Source: Macrostomum lignano
Taxonomy: Eukaryota
Assembly (NCBI GenBank): GCA_002269645.1
Contig: NIVC01001364.1
Coordinates: 186,001 to 250,000 of the forward strand
Reading direction: 5' to 3'
DNA: 64,000 bases
The translations under genes and the position numbers were made by a program. The notes beneath the pieces were generated by a model. That model did no database searches. It saw only the letters and a list, made by a program, of their open reading frames with translations, and was not told the origin of the DNA. Numbering within the stretch: the stretch's first letter is position 1; each line of letters begins with the position of its first letter. This document shows, one piece after another, positions 13,527 to 48,800 of the stretch.

Positions 13527-16500
13527 AGTCCTGGTGTCTTGGCGCTCCCGAATTCTTCATCCGGACGTTCTCCCTTAAAGCAGTCTACGACGACGAATGT
13601 TCCGTTGACGAATGAAGTTTCGAATTCAAGGCTGTCTGCTCTTAGAAGTCGTGTTATGAATAAGTTGCGATTTGGTGGTTCTCGATTAAAAAAATTAAAA
13701 GTTGACTTAGATGACAGCAACGAAAGCGAAGAGAGTGATTTCGATGAGGAAGTAGAGTTTGAGAAGGTGATGAATTCCTGTGTGGAAGAAAGTGCTGCCT
13801 CTGGCAATGTAGATGATGTGCCTGAATTCGACTTTGGTGACGTCGAGCTCGAGGAGTTGTCGTCGGATCTACATCCAGCTCTTCAAATGATTGCTGACGA
13901 AAATGAAAAATTGGAGTCGAATGCACAGAAGAAGATGAAGGGCCGATCATTTGAGAAGAAGCGTCATAATTGCGTTTTCTGTAATGAGCTGTTTTCTAAA
14001 ATACGCCGGCATATTATTCGTTGTCATAGTGATCAAGTGGACGTGCAGCGCGCGCTATCTTATGGTTCTAATTCTAATGGTAAGCCTAAGTGAATATGCT
14101 TCTTACATCAAAACTGAATAAATAGTCCACTGGTTTTAATTTTTGAATATTTCTAGTTTGATCTAAATAGTTAAGTTTTAGTTTTTTAAAATGAAAACTA
14201 ATTCTTTCAAATTTTGTCTGAAGCAAGTCAGAATTTACTCGTGCTTCAGTTTGGCACAACAGTTTTATTAGAACGCCTCTATATGTATGATTTAAACTGT
14301 CAGATCGATTGATTCTTTTTGTTGTGATCGTAAAGATTTATATTTAATTGGCTGCCTTTTTTAATTTCTCTGTTAGGTTACAATCGGGAGATGGACAGAC
14401 TGCGACTTCTAGGCGATTTTCATCACAATATTGCTGTACTGAAGGATGAAAAGGACGGTAAAATTATTGTCTGTCGGGAGAAAAGCGTGACCATGGAGTC
14501 TACGGAAGTACACACCTATCTTCCTTGTGTTCACTGCTTTGGATTTTTTTACGGACGTGAAATAAGTCGCCACTGGGACCGCTGCAAATTTAGATCTAAC
14601 TCGAAATCTTCAAGTCGTTCGAATGCCGCTTCGCAAGGAAATTGTCTGCTGCTGTCATCGTGCCTCCCCTCGACGTTTCCTGAAGAATATCAAGACCTGC
14701 TCAGCAGAATGAAAAAAGATCACCTTTCCATTGTCGTCCGCTCTGACAAATTAATTTTAAGTCTTGGGCACTTTTGGTTTGAAGGCTACACAGCTGGAAA
14801 GACAGGCCGACAGATTGTTTCCACTAAGATGAGGGAGCTTGCACGCTTGTTAGTAGCGTTTAGAGAACGTGTAGAGCAGCCGTCCATTGATTTGGAGAAT
14901 GCACTAACCGCTCGTCATTTCGATGATCTTGTTGAGGCGACAAGAACAGTCGCAGGATTTATGAGCAAGAAAAGCGAAGCGACATCTGACAGCTTTGACA
15001 TTCCTTTCATTGCGCTAAAAATCGGCTTTAGTCTCAAGACGGCTGCCGAAGTCTCCATGGTTTTCGCCTTAAAAAGTGATCTATTATCAAAGGTTGAGGA
15101 AAGACGAAATTTTATTTCTGTCTTTGAGAGTCTTTGGAAGCGAAAAGTTTCTACGATCGCACATCTGACTTTGAAGGAAAGAAAAGCCGACAAAGCCGAA
15201 ACTCTGCCCTTGACGGAGGACATTACAACCATCACATGCTATTTAAAGCAGGCGCTGGCACAGGTTGTTGATGATAATCTATCCGAACCTGCCTACTGGA
15301 AAAGCGTTGCTGAGCTAGTTGCAATCCGCCTCATGATTTTGAACAGAAGGCGAGCGTCGGAAACCTTCAAACTGACGCTTAAAGACTGGGAAGCAGCAAA
15401 AAAGCTCGATCAAGAATATGACGACACTACTGACTCTCTACTGAGTGAGCTTGAGTTAAAGATTAAAGGGCGCATGTTTCTTCCGTATGTCCGCGGCAAA
15501 CGAGCAGGAAAAAAGGTACCTCTGCTCGTGCCACTAGAGGTGGCCACTCTCATCGATAAGCTCATAAGCACACGTCATTCACCAACTGGCAACGAGTACG
15601 TTTTTGGCATGCTCAATGGAATGCGTTATTTATCACCGTTTGAATCCATTCAAAACGTCACTTCAAAGTGTGCAGATCTCAAACATCCTGAACGCTTGAC
15701 GTCAACAAAACTGAGGAAATATGTGGCAACAGTATCACAAATCCTCGAGTTGAATGAAAACGAATTGGGCTGGCTGTCCAGACATCTAGGCCACAGCCTA
15801 CAAGTGCATCATACGTTCTATCGAATTCACGAGCGAACAATCGAGCTAGCAAAAGTCGGTAAGCTGATGCTTGCGATTGAATCTGGGAAGCTAGATCAGC
15901 TGAAAGGAAAGAAACTGGAGGAAATCGAAGTTGATGACATTGATGTCGATTTGGATGACTCGAATGAGGCCGAAGTTGCTTCCAAGACAAAGAAGTCAGC
16001 AAAGTTTTCAAACGAGAATGAACAAAGCAGCAGCAAAACTTTGAGTAGCAAGTCTGGTTTGATTAGAAAGCGACCACAACCAGCTAATTCCACCGAAAGC
16101 AAATCAAAGCGTCCATGTCGCATATCCTCCGGAGAAGCATCAGAAAATCATGACGAAGAGCAGACACAGCTGGATTTTCGTGGTGCGCCTCTCTCTTTGA
16201 AGGAATTAAAAGAATCTAAGAAAAAGAGAAAGCCGGAGACAAAGTCGCATCTGCATTCTCCGCCTGATTCCGCCGAAGATGATCCTTCCTACGAACCTCC
16301 ATCTAAAGTCAGCAGAAAGAAAGACCGAAAACTGAAGCAGGTGCATGTCAAGTGGTCAGAAGAGGAAGACGCAGCGTTCAAACGTGTTTTCGACAGAATG
16401 CTTGAAGAATCAGGTGGAAAAGTTCCTGGGTTAAATGCGCTGCTTAGGCTGAAGCAAGATGAGCCAGCCCTGAAAGATCGATCTGTTCTGAAGCTTAAAA

Positions 16501-16538
16501 GCAAGTTTTTTAACGAAATGCAGAAACTTAAGAAATAG
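1..16538 (+). CDS. Crypton-type tyrosine recombinase gene, 5'-incomplete, including tandemly repeated N-terminal exons (spliced model)
   Basis: Predicted exons: <1-194, 1040-1426, 2269-2655, 3501-3887, 4732-5118, 5963-6349, 7280-7666, 8757-9143, 9989-10375, 11306-11692 (each 387 nt, TGCAG|ATGGGC...GAATCG|GTGAGC, phase 0-0), 13287-14079 and 14377-16538. All junctions keep frame. Inclusion of the repeated exons in the mRNA is inferred from splice motifs only. Confidence 0.55.
384..13240 (+). repeat. Nested 83/85-bp minisatellite clusters inside each array intron
   Basis: Unit GGGTCCAGCTAAACCCTCATTGAATGTTTCACATTGACTGTGGGTGCTTCAAGCATCGACTGCCAAACATACTTTCAGACATG (83 bp; an 85-bp variant has ATTGTCGTT). 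Copy numbers per intron inferred from spacing: 7,7,7,7,7,8,10,7,8,16. Confidence 0.96.
13287..14079 (+). CDS. Penultimate exon of YR gene: S/T-rich and acidic region plus C2H2-type zinc finger
   Basis: ORF 13281-14093 contains CVFCNELFSKIRRHIIRCH (CxxC-x9-H-x4-H). Acceptor TGCAG precedes 13287. Donor G|GTAAGC at 14080 (phase 1) matches acceptor TGTTAG|GT at 14376/14377, giving ...SNSN-G-YNREMDRLRLLGDFHHN in frame. Confidence 0.8.
14377..16538 (+). CDS. Main exon of tyrosine recombinase (phage-integrase fold) with CxxC-H-C finger and C-terminal Myb/SANT-like domain
   Basis: Uninterrupted 715-aa ORF. YLPCVHCFGFFYGREISRHWDRC finger; YR box motifs LNRRRASE (R), VRGK (K), TSTKLRKY (HxxR position read as TxxR), RHLGHS (H) and HTFYR (catalytic Y). 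Tail KWSEEEDAAFKRVF...LKDRSVLKLKSKFFN resembles a Myb/SANT helix-turn-helix. Confidence 0.88.
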
Positions 16539-17601
16539 CTGGTTACGAGTATGCTTAAGTCTCCAACCTATAATGGTGCTCTTTCCTTGCTGCACTGAAC
16601 TCACGTTTTGTTCAATGATACATGTATTTTCTCTAACCTTATAATTAGTGGCTGAGATTGATTAAATATTATGTCACTTCGATAGCGAAAGCAACTTTAG
16701 ATTTGCAAGACACAAAGTAGCTTGCCATAAAAATTTCTGTGCCAAAATATCCGAATTTTTTTTAATCTCTCTCCAAAATTTGATGAATACATTCATTCAT
16801 CATTATAAATTCATTCAAATTTTAGCCTACCGAAGTGACATGGAGGCAGTTAGCCCCGAAAATTTTCCTATTATTCAGTTGTCGCGGTATACCGCACTAT
16901 TTTCACAATTGATTTGTAACGCTTCTCCCACGTTTCTATAAACTGTGAATTTAAACTATAAATGCATCTAAAAACTTTGGCTTGGGCTGGCTTGTTGAAT
17001 GTCAAAACTGCAGTATTTTTTGCACTGCACGTCTAAAAAATCGAAAAACTTCCAATTATTCTCTCTTGTTTAAGTTTTGCTTTGCAGTTTAGTAATTTTT
17101 GTCAAATTTAGCATTTTACCACCTTTATGTCATCATATTTGATGAGTGTTAATCATTTATAGTTATAGCTCGTAGCTCGTATGATCCAAATGTATTTGCG
17201 GTACCTTTACAATAATTACTCACTCAGTCCTACATCGCTAAATTTTTTAAACAAATAATACAAATAAAAATTTTAACATCGCTTTCATGCTTTACAGGAA
17301 AACTTGAACAGCAGTTCAGAACAATAACTATCGACTGTTAAAAATCTTTGTTGCTCTAGATTTTTATATTGGTCCACGTACACCATCATGTTCTTAAAGG
17401 TCCGTTTAAACCTGGTCTACCTAACAACATAGTTCGAATAGTTTAATTTACTCGAATTGAAGACCTTTTGAAATTAAAAAGGCAACAGTATTTTCCAAGC
17501 GTCTCAAATTAAGCTGGTTCCCCGATTTTCTAACCATAACTAATTGGTCCACCTAACGCATTGTCAGAACAACGGTCTATGTAACCACACATACACTAGT
17601 A

Positions 17602-17781
<180 letters not shown>

Positions 17782-17999
17782 ACTTATTTCCTGTTTCTCT
17801 AAGATGTCTTCCCATTAGCATAAAGCATACTACTATGAAGTAGCACAGAGCATGCTCCCCTAACTTGTTACAGAGCCAGTTTTAACCACCCAATGGAATC
17901 AAGAAACCGCCTACTCTATTGCTAGCAGCTATAAGACCCCAATCAACTCAAACCCAGGCACTCCAGCTTCCCGAAGCCCAGCTCACTCCCATCCCCAAG

Positions 18000-41717
<23,718 letters not shown>

Positions 41718-42171
41718 ACTGGACTGGTCACGCCCTGTCCAGACACTCGGCTCCACGAAAGTTTAAATTTGCACTTACCAGAACTTAATAATAACGTCTT
41801 TGTAGATTGTATCCTTTGTAATAGAAGTGACACCTGAATAGCAGTAAATATTTTTACATTCAATGCTTTATTACCGTAGTCTATTACATGTCTATTACAA
41901 GCATATACACGGCGTTACTACAGAGTATGAAAGTATCAGCATAAAACTTAATTCCCAGCTTTTCCATCCGAACCTGTAGCCCAACCCCAATCCCAGCTGA
42001 CTGACACCAATAAAATACCTTAGACTTGCATCCTGCGCTTATTCCGTTCTCACAGCATGCAGAACTTTTTATTATTGTTATTTATAAGCGTCAAATATAT
42101 TTTGATAACTCCGAATGCTGCAGAACGGTTTTAGCTCCCACTTATTCTCACCTCTCTGACTCTACCCCTTA

Positions 42172-42318
42172 TTTTCTCCTCTCCTCTCCTCTCCTCTCCT
42201 CTCCTCTCCTCTCCTCTCCTCTCCTCTCCTCTCCTCTCCTCTCCTCTCCTTTCCTCTTCTCTCCTCTCCTCTCCTCTCCTCTCCTCTCCTCTCCTCTCCT
42301 CTCCTCTCCTCTCCTCCC
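42172..42318 (+). repeat. (CTCCT)n microsatellite between the convergent genes
   Basis: Direct reading. Confidence 0.95.
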
Positions 42319-42850
42319 CAGTCAGTACTCGGCAGGCTGAGCACGAAAAGATACGAAGTCAAAGTGGCCAATTCCGTTAATAGCTCGTAAAAAATCAGGA
42401 TTCAGCAGCTGTTGTTTATTGTACACTCAGCAATCACGTGACTTCATTCTCCAGCCCAAACCCTAATCGTCATGAATAAATTCGAAGAAAGTTGGGGAGA
42501 CAGATAGGCAAATACATGTATATTTCCATAGGGAGGCTAATAGATACATAAATATTCGGAAGCTCATTAAAAACATTCAGTACATGTATTGTAGTCGAAT
42601 TGTGTCATTGATTTTATATACTTCTTGAAATGTCAATTCAAAATAAATTGAAGAAGCTACACTTACTAAATACGCAAAAAAGCTTTTAGAAATACAAGGT
42701 GTATTACTAATTCGAGAATTATGTTTGCAAGTTGCGTTATAAGTACTTGAAAATCAGGATACTTGTAGTCAAAAGTTCAGATTTCAGATTTTAGTTCGCT
42801 GCTTAAAATTCGAGTCCTTCTCAAAATCAAAATTGCCTTTTGTCCGACTT

Positions 42851-45800
42851 TTAAGAAACCATCTGGTGACCCATCTGCTGGGTGCGGGTCATTGACAAGT
42901 TGAGCTTTCGCTGAGTCAACTCAGCCTTCATCGCGCGCAGCTCAGCCTCCGCTTGTGAACGCAGCTGAAATTGATTTTTAATATTGCCTGGTTTATTGAG
43001 ATTCTGTAGTTTCAGCTTCTAAAGTTCATATATTTTATATGTTTAGTAAATGGACAGTTCACATTGACAGTGTACATAGACAGTGTAAAGTAAGAGACAG
43101 GAGGGATGTGGGACTCTCAGTGTGACTTTTTGAGGGTGTGACGTTTCGAGGGTGTGACTTTTTGAGGGTGTGACTTTTTGAGGGCGACTTTTTGAGGGTG
43201 TGACTTTTTAAGGGTGTGAATTTTTGAGGGTGTGACGTTTCGAGGGTGTGACTTTTTGAGGGTGTGACGTTTCGAGGGTGACTTTTTGAGGGTGTGACTT
43301 TTTGAGGGCGACTTTTTGAGGGTGTGACTTTTTAAGGGTGTGAATTTTTGAGGGTGTGACTTTTTGAGGGTGACTTTTTGAGGGTGTGACTTTTTGAGGG
43401 TGACTTTTTGAGGGTGTGACTTTTTGAGGGTGTGACTTTTTGAGGTCCATGGCCTAGAGACGCGCTCTATGACTTTCCCCCCCCCTTTCTGGCCACTGCG
43501 TGGCTGGCGGGAGGAGTATTTTGTTGTTTTTGTTGTTGTTATAGACAGTGTACATTGACAGTGTACATTGACAGTGTACATTGACAGTTCCAATCACATT
43601 TTCGAATGACAATAACAATGTACACTAAAATTATACGACCTAAAATTTCTAACAGACTAGAATAACTAGAATAACAAAAGTTCATATATTTTATATGTTT
43701 TAGTAAATGGACAGTTAACATTGACAGTGTACATAGACAGCTCACTTTGACTGTGTACATTGACAGTGTAAAGTAAGAGACAGGAGGGATGTGGGACTCT
43801 CAGTGTGACTTTTTAAGGGTGTGACTTTTGAGGGTGTGACTTTTTGAGGGTGTGACTTTTTGAGGGTGTGACTTTTTGAGGGTGTGACTTTTTACGGGTG
43901 TGACTTTTTGAGGGTGTGACTTTTTGAGGGTGTGACTTTTTGAGGGTGTGACTTTTTGAGGGTGTGACTTTTTGAGGGTGTGATTTTTTGAGGGTGTGAC
44001 TTTTTGAGGGTGTGACTTTTTGAGGGTGTGACTTTTTACGGGTGTGACTTTTTAAGGGTGTGACTTTTTGAGGGTGTGACTTTTTGAGGGTGTGACTTTT
44101 TGAGGGTGACTTTTTGAGAGTGACTTTTAGAGGGTGACTTTTTGAGGGTGTGACTTTTTGAGGGTGACTTTTTGAGGGTGTGACTTTTTGAGGGTGACTT
44201 TTTGAGGGTGTGACTTTTTGAGGGTGTGACTTTTTGAGGTCCATGGCCTAGAGACGCGCTCTATGACTTTCCCCCCCCTTTCTGGCCACTGCGTGGCTGG
44301 CGGGAGGAGTATTTTGTTTTTTTTGTTGTTGTTATAGACAGTGTACATTGACAGTGTACATTGACAGTTCCAATCACATTTTCGAATGACAATAACAATG
44401 TACACTAAAATTATACGACCTAAAATTTCTAACAGACTAGAATAACGTTTTCAGGGTAGATGCTGTCAACTTTGGCAGAGAAAAGTGAGCACTGCCAGCA
44501 TCCTCTCCCCAACTAATCAGCTCCTCACTTTCACTTCGGCCGTAAGCTTCATCTTGGAGTCGTCGACTCGACGCTGAAGCTCCTCGATTTCGTGCTGCAT
44601 CCGCGTGGCCTGGATGCGCAGGTTCAGCTGCGGGCCAGGGGGATGGGGCGATTTCTTAGAAATCCAGTTTAATTACGTGCCAAGGACCAGTAATAATGAT
44701 GATTTCAGGAGATTGTAAGCACCCTGGCGCAACGCCTGGGGCGACATCGTCTCACAACCAGCCCTGACGGCAATTCTGCCCATTCCGCAGACTCCTGAGC
44801 ACTCGTACACTCGCTCACACAGGATGTACAGCAGCCCTGACTTTCTAATCGTCAGGCATGTACACTGTCTGCGCCTTGGGGGCTGGCCCTCATGAGTGTA
44901 TAACTCATGATACTATTAACTAATGTCGCAGAGAACACGCCCAAGGCTTTCGACTGCTCCCTGTCTTTAATAACATGTTCTCTCAATGTATTAATCGACC
45001 AAGTGAACTGAACTCCGTTTGAGAAATTCCTATCTCGCTAAAAGCCTTCATATAAGTTAACACGGATCTCCAGTCTATTGCAGCAGTAGACTCACCTGCT
45101 GGGTAGCATCCGGTGTGTCAATATTCTTGCCTTCCTTGACTCGGGACGTCATGGTGCTGACCATCCGCTTGTGATAGGACTCAAGCTCATCCCGGAGTCG
45201 GTTGGCCTGGTCCTCGAGTGGCGTGGTCAGCTTCTTCTCTTCGAAGTAGCGCTTCTTCCACATGTCTCGGGCTGCGAGATTTTTGGACAACTTCAATAGT
45301 AATTTTTATCTGCATTCTTGATAATTTTGTTTTCCTTAACTTTCTAAAACTTCTGCATACTCCTCCGCACCCTCGATCGCGAAGCCGATTCACTCCCTAC
45401 CCCTACAGACCCCAACCCAGCCACATCTCACTTCCTACCCCTACAGACCCCAACCCAGCCACACCTCACTTCCTACCCCTACAGACCCCAACCCAGCCAC
45501 ACCTCACTTCCTACCCCTACAGACCCCAACCCAGCCACACCTCACTTCCTACCCCTACAGACCCCAACCCAGCCACACCTCACTTCCTACCCCTACAGAC
45601 CCCAACCCAGCCACACCTCACTTCCTACCCCTACAGACCCCAACCCAGCCACACCTCACTTCCTACCCCTACAGACCCCAACCCAGCCACACCTCACTTC
45701 CTACCCCTACAGACCCCAACCCAGCCACACCTCACTTCCTATCCCTACAGACCCCAACCCAGCCACACCTCACTCCCTACCCCTACAGACCCCAACCCAG

Positions 45801-48800
45801 CCTCACCTCACTCCCTACCCCTACAGACCCCAACCCAGCCACACCTCACTCCCTACCCCTACAGACCCCAACCCAGCCACACCTCACTTCCTACCCTAAA
45901 GACCCCAACCCAGCCACACCTCACTCCCTACCCCTACAGACCCCAACCCAGCCTCACCTCACTCCCTACCCTACAGACCCCAACCCAGCCTCACCTCACT
46001 CCCTACCCTACAGACCCCAACCCAGCCTCACCTCACTCCCTACCCCTACAGACCCCAACCCAGCCTCACCTCACTCCCTACCCCTACAAACCCCAACCCA
46101 GCCTCACCTCACTCCCTACCCCTACAGACCCCAACCCAGCCTCACCTCACTCCCTACCCTACAGACCCCAACCCAGCCTCACCTCACTCCCTACCCCTAC
46201 AAACCCCAACCCAGCCTCACCTCACTCCCTACCCCTACAGACCCCAACCCAGCCTCACCTCACTCCCTACCCTACAGACCCCAACCCAGCCTCACCTCAC
46301 TCCCTACCCCTACAGACCCCAACCCAGTCTCACCTCACTCCCTACCCCTACAGACCCCAACCCAGCCTCACCTCACTCCCTACCCTACAGACCCCAACCC
46401 AGCCTTACCTCACTCCCTACCCCTACAGACCCCAACCCAGCCTCACCTCACTCCCTACCCCTACAGACCCCAACCCAGTCTCACCTCACTCCCTACCCCT
46501 ACAGACCCCAACCCAGCCTCACCTCACTTCCTACCCCTACAGACCCCAACCCAGCCACACCTCACTTCCTACCCATACAGACCCCAACCCAGCCACACCT
46601 CACTTCCTACCCATACAGACCCCAACCCAGCCACACCTCACTTCCTACCCATACAGACCCCAACCCAGCCACACCTCACTTCCTACCCATACAGACCCCA
46701 ACCCAGCCACACCTCACTTCCTACCCATACAGACCCCAACCCAGCCTCACCTCACTCCCTACCCCTACGAATTGCCTTCGCTATTCGTCCTACATCATTT
46801 TTAACTCCCACAATACTTCTCAACCTCCATGCTGTTGTCCCTGCACAATTTTTCCGCAAGTACATGCTCGTATAGCTAGGTGTTACTACGCAGCAAAACT
46901 ATTGAAAATGCTACAAATATTTAGTAAAATCCGAATCAAAAGTAAACATAATGATATAAGTACTCGTAGGTACAATAGTAACATATTTTTAGTTTGAGGT
47001 TGGAATTACACTGATTTTGTTCATCAATATTTCTCAAGGTTTTATAAGGAACAATTTGGTTCATAATTAGTAGAATTTCGTAGATCACCCGACACGCAAC
47101 AAGTAAATAGAAGGAACTAAGCAATCAGCAATTCAAGCCGTACCAGTAAGACTTTGAAATCCTGAAAGTCAATTTTTAATTTGATACTTTTTCTCTTATT
47201 TTTGTGCCAAGGCAAACTTCGGTGAAAAAAAATTATAAACATTACTGAGAGTAGAGCGAGAAGGAAAAATAGATTCACCTTGATTTCGCATGTTCTGCGT
47301 CCGCGCCTGCAGCTGCCTGGCCCGCCTGATCAGGTCGTCCCGGCGTCGCTCAATCTCGGTGCGATCGTCGCGAATCCGCTGCAGCTCGGAGAGCAGCTGC
47401 TCGCCTGTTGCCGAGAGCGGTTAAAAGTACAGAGTGTACTATAATGTTCATACACTAAAACAACTAGAATAATAAGGTCTGTTAGCACCCCTGTCGCAAC
47501 GCCTTAAACGAAATCGTCCCATAGACAGTGCTGACGGAAATTGTGCCCGTTCCGCTGACTCCTGAGAGCACACAAGCGCGCCAATACTGTACGCAGGCAC
47601 GCACTCATACACACAGCTCACACAGGGTGTACAGCGGCCCTGACTTTCTAATCGTCAGGCATGTGCACTCCCTGCTTTGGATGTTTTTGCGACTTTCTTA
47701 GTCACTTCTTTAGTTCACCTGCACTTGTCTCTGTTTAGTTCCTCTCTCTCCCTCGCTGCCTTCTGATTGGCTGGCTCTCCAGTCTCGCCTCTTTCCTCGG
47801 TCGCACACTCCACCCCTCCTTGTCTTATCTTGCACTGAACCCCCCCCCCCTAATTTTCAATGCCTAAATCACAATGTACTGATTTCGGCCCAGCGCTGCC
47901 CAATCTCTGACTCATGGTTGCTTTGTTTGTTTTTCAATTTGGAATTTGACAAAAATGACTTTGAATCTGGCATGCATAAGCAAAGTAAGCTTCAAAACTG
48001 GTTGAAAAAAAATTCCGTCAATGGTCAACAGCTCATATTTCTTTTTCGAATTCTATCGTTATCCTAGAATAATTATCGCCATTTTCTACACTGCACTACT
48101 GACAGTAACCAGAAACGAGTAGCTTGTTAGTAAAAAATCTATTCAAAATGTTCACTGCACGCTGTGCGTTGCCATGGTGCCCATCAGCATCATAGAAAGG
48201 AATTTACCTACAACTCAGAATTTCCTTGTCTTGAAGGTTTAATACAAGCGGCCTATTCGGGTGCGTACTAACCGCAACCATATTTGCTTAACTTGTAGGA
48301 TCTCACAATTAAGGTCATAAGTCGTCATCAGCAGTACTCGTCCCCCCCCCCGAGTGCTGGCATCAGTGGCAGAATTCAAAGAGGAAAATTCTCAACAGCA
48401 AATTAGTGGACCGCAAGCGAAGGCACGCTGCAGTCACTTACACCTGCCAGCGCGGTGGGTGGTCAACATTGGCTGAGGATAAATTTCGCTGAAATTTTAT
48501 AGTATCCAGAGTATTATACTTTACTTTCAGCCCTATTTCATATTGATAGCCAATGAGCCTATGCTTTGACAGCGATATTTGGCAACCCTAGCCCTTTAGT
48601 CCTAGCTTTAACCCTAACCCTAAACCAAGGGGTCCGCGAAGCCTCTCTATCCGGCCCTCGGGTCCTTTGAAACTTCACAATAGCAACCCGGCCCGCTCAA
48701 GGTTTGTGTCTCTTCTCAGCTCTCTTCTCTCTCATCTCCTCTCCTCTCTCCTCTTCCTCTGAGGTCTCCTCTCACTTCTCTCCTCCCTCCACTCATCTCT

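Larger units (their letters stand above)
1..16600 (+). mobile_element. Probable Crypton-like (YR-encoding) DNA transposon, termini not identified
   Basis: Intron-containing eukaryotic YR gene with no RT/gag seen in the window. Crypton is the established class for such genes. No terminal repeat could be recognised; the left end lies outside the window. Confidence 0.5.

Noticed and set aside
1-16538. DIRS/Ngaro retroelement or viral integrase origin for the YR
   Set aside because: No RT, RNase H, gag or capsid ORF in the window and the gene has spliceosomal introns. Sequence upstream of the window could still change this.
45218-46804. 528-aa P/T-rich ORF
   Set aside because: Translation of the 38-bp minisatellite, antisense to the SPATA1-like intron.
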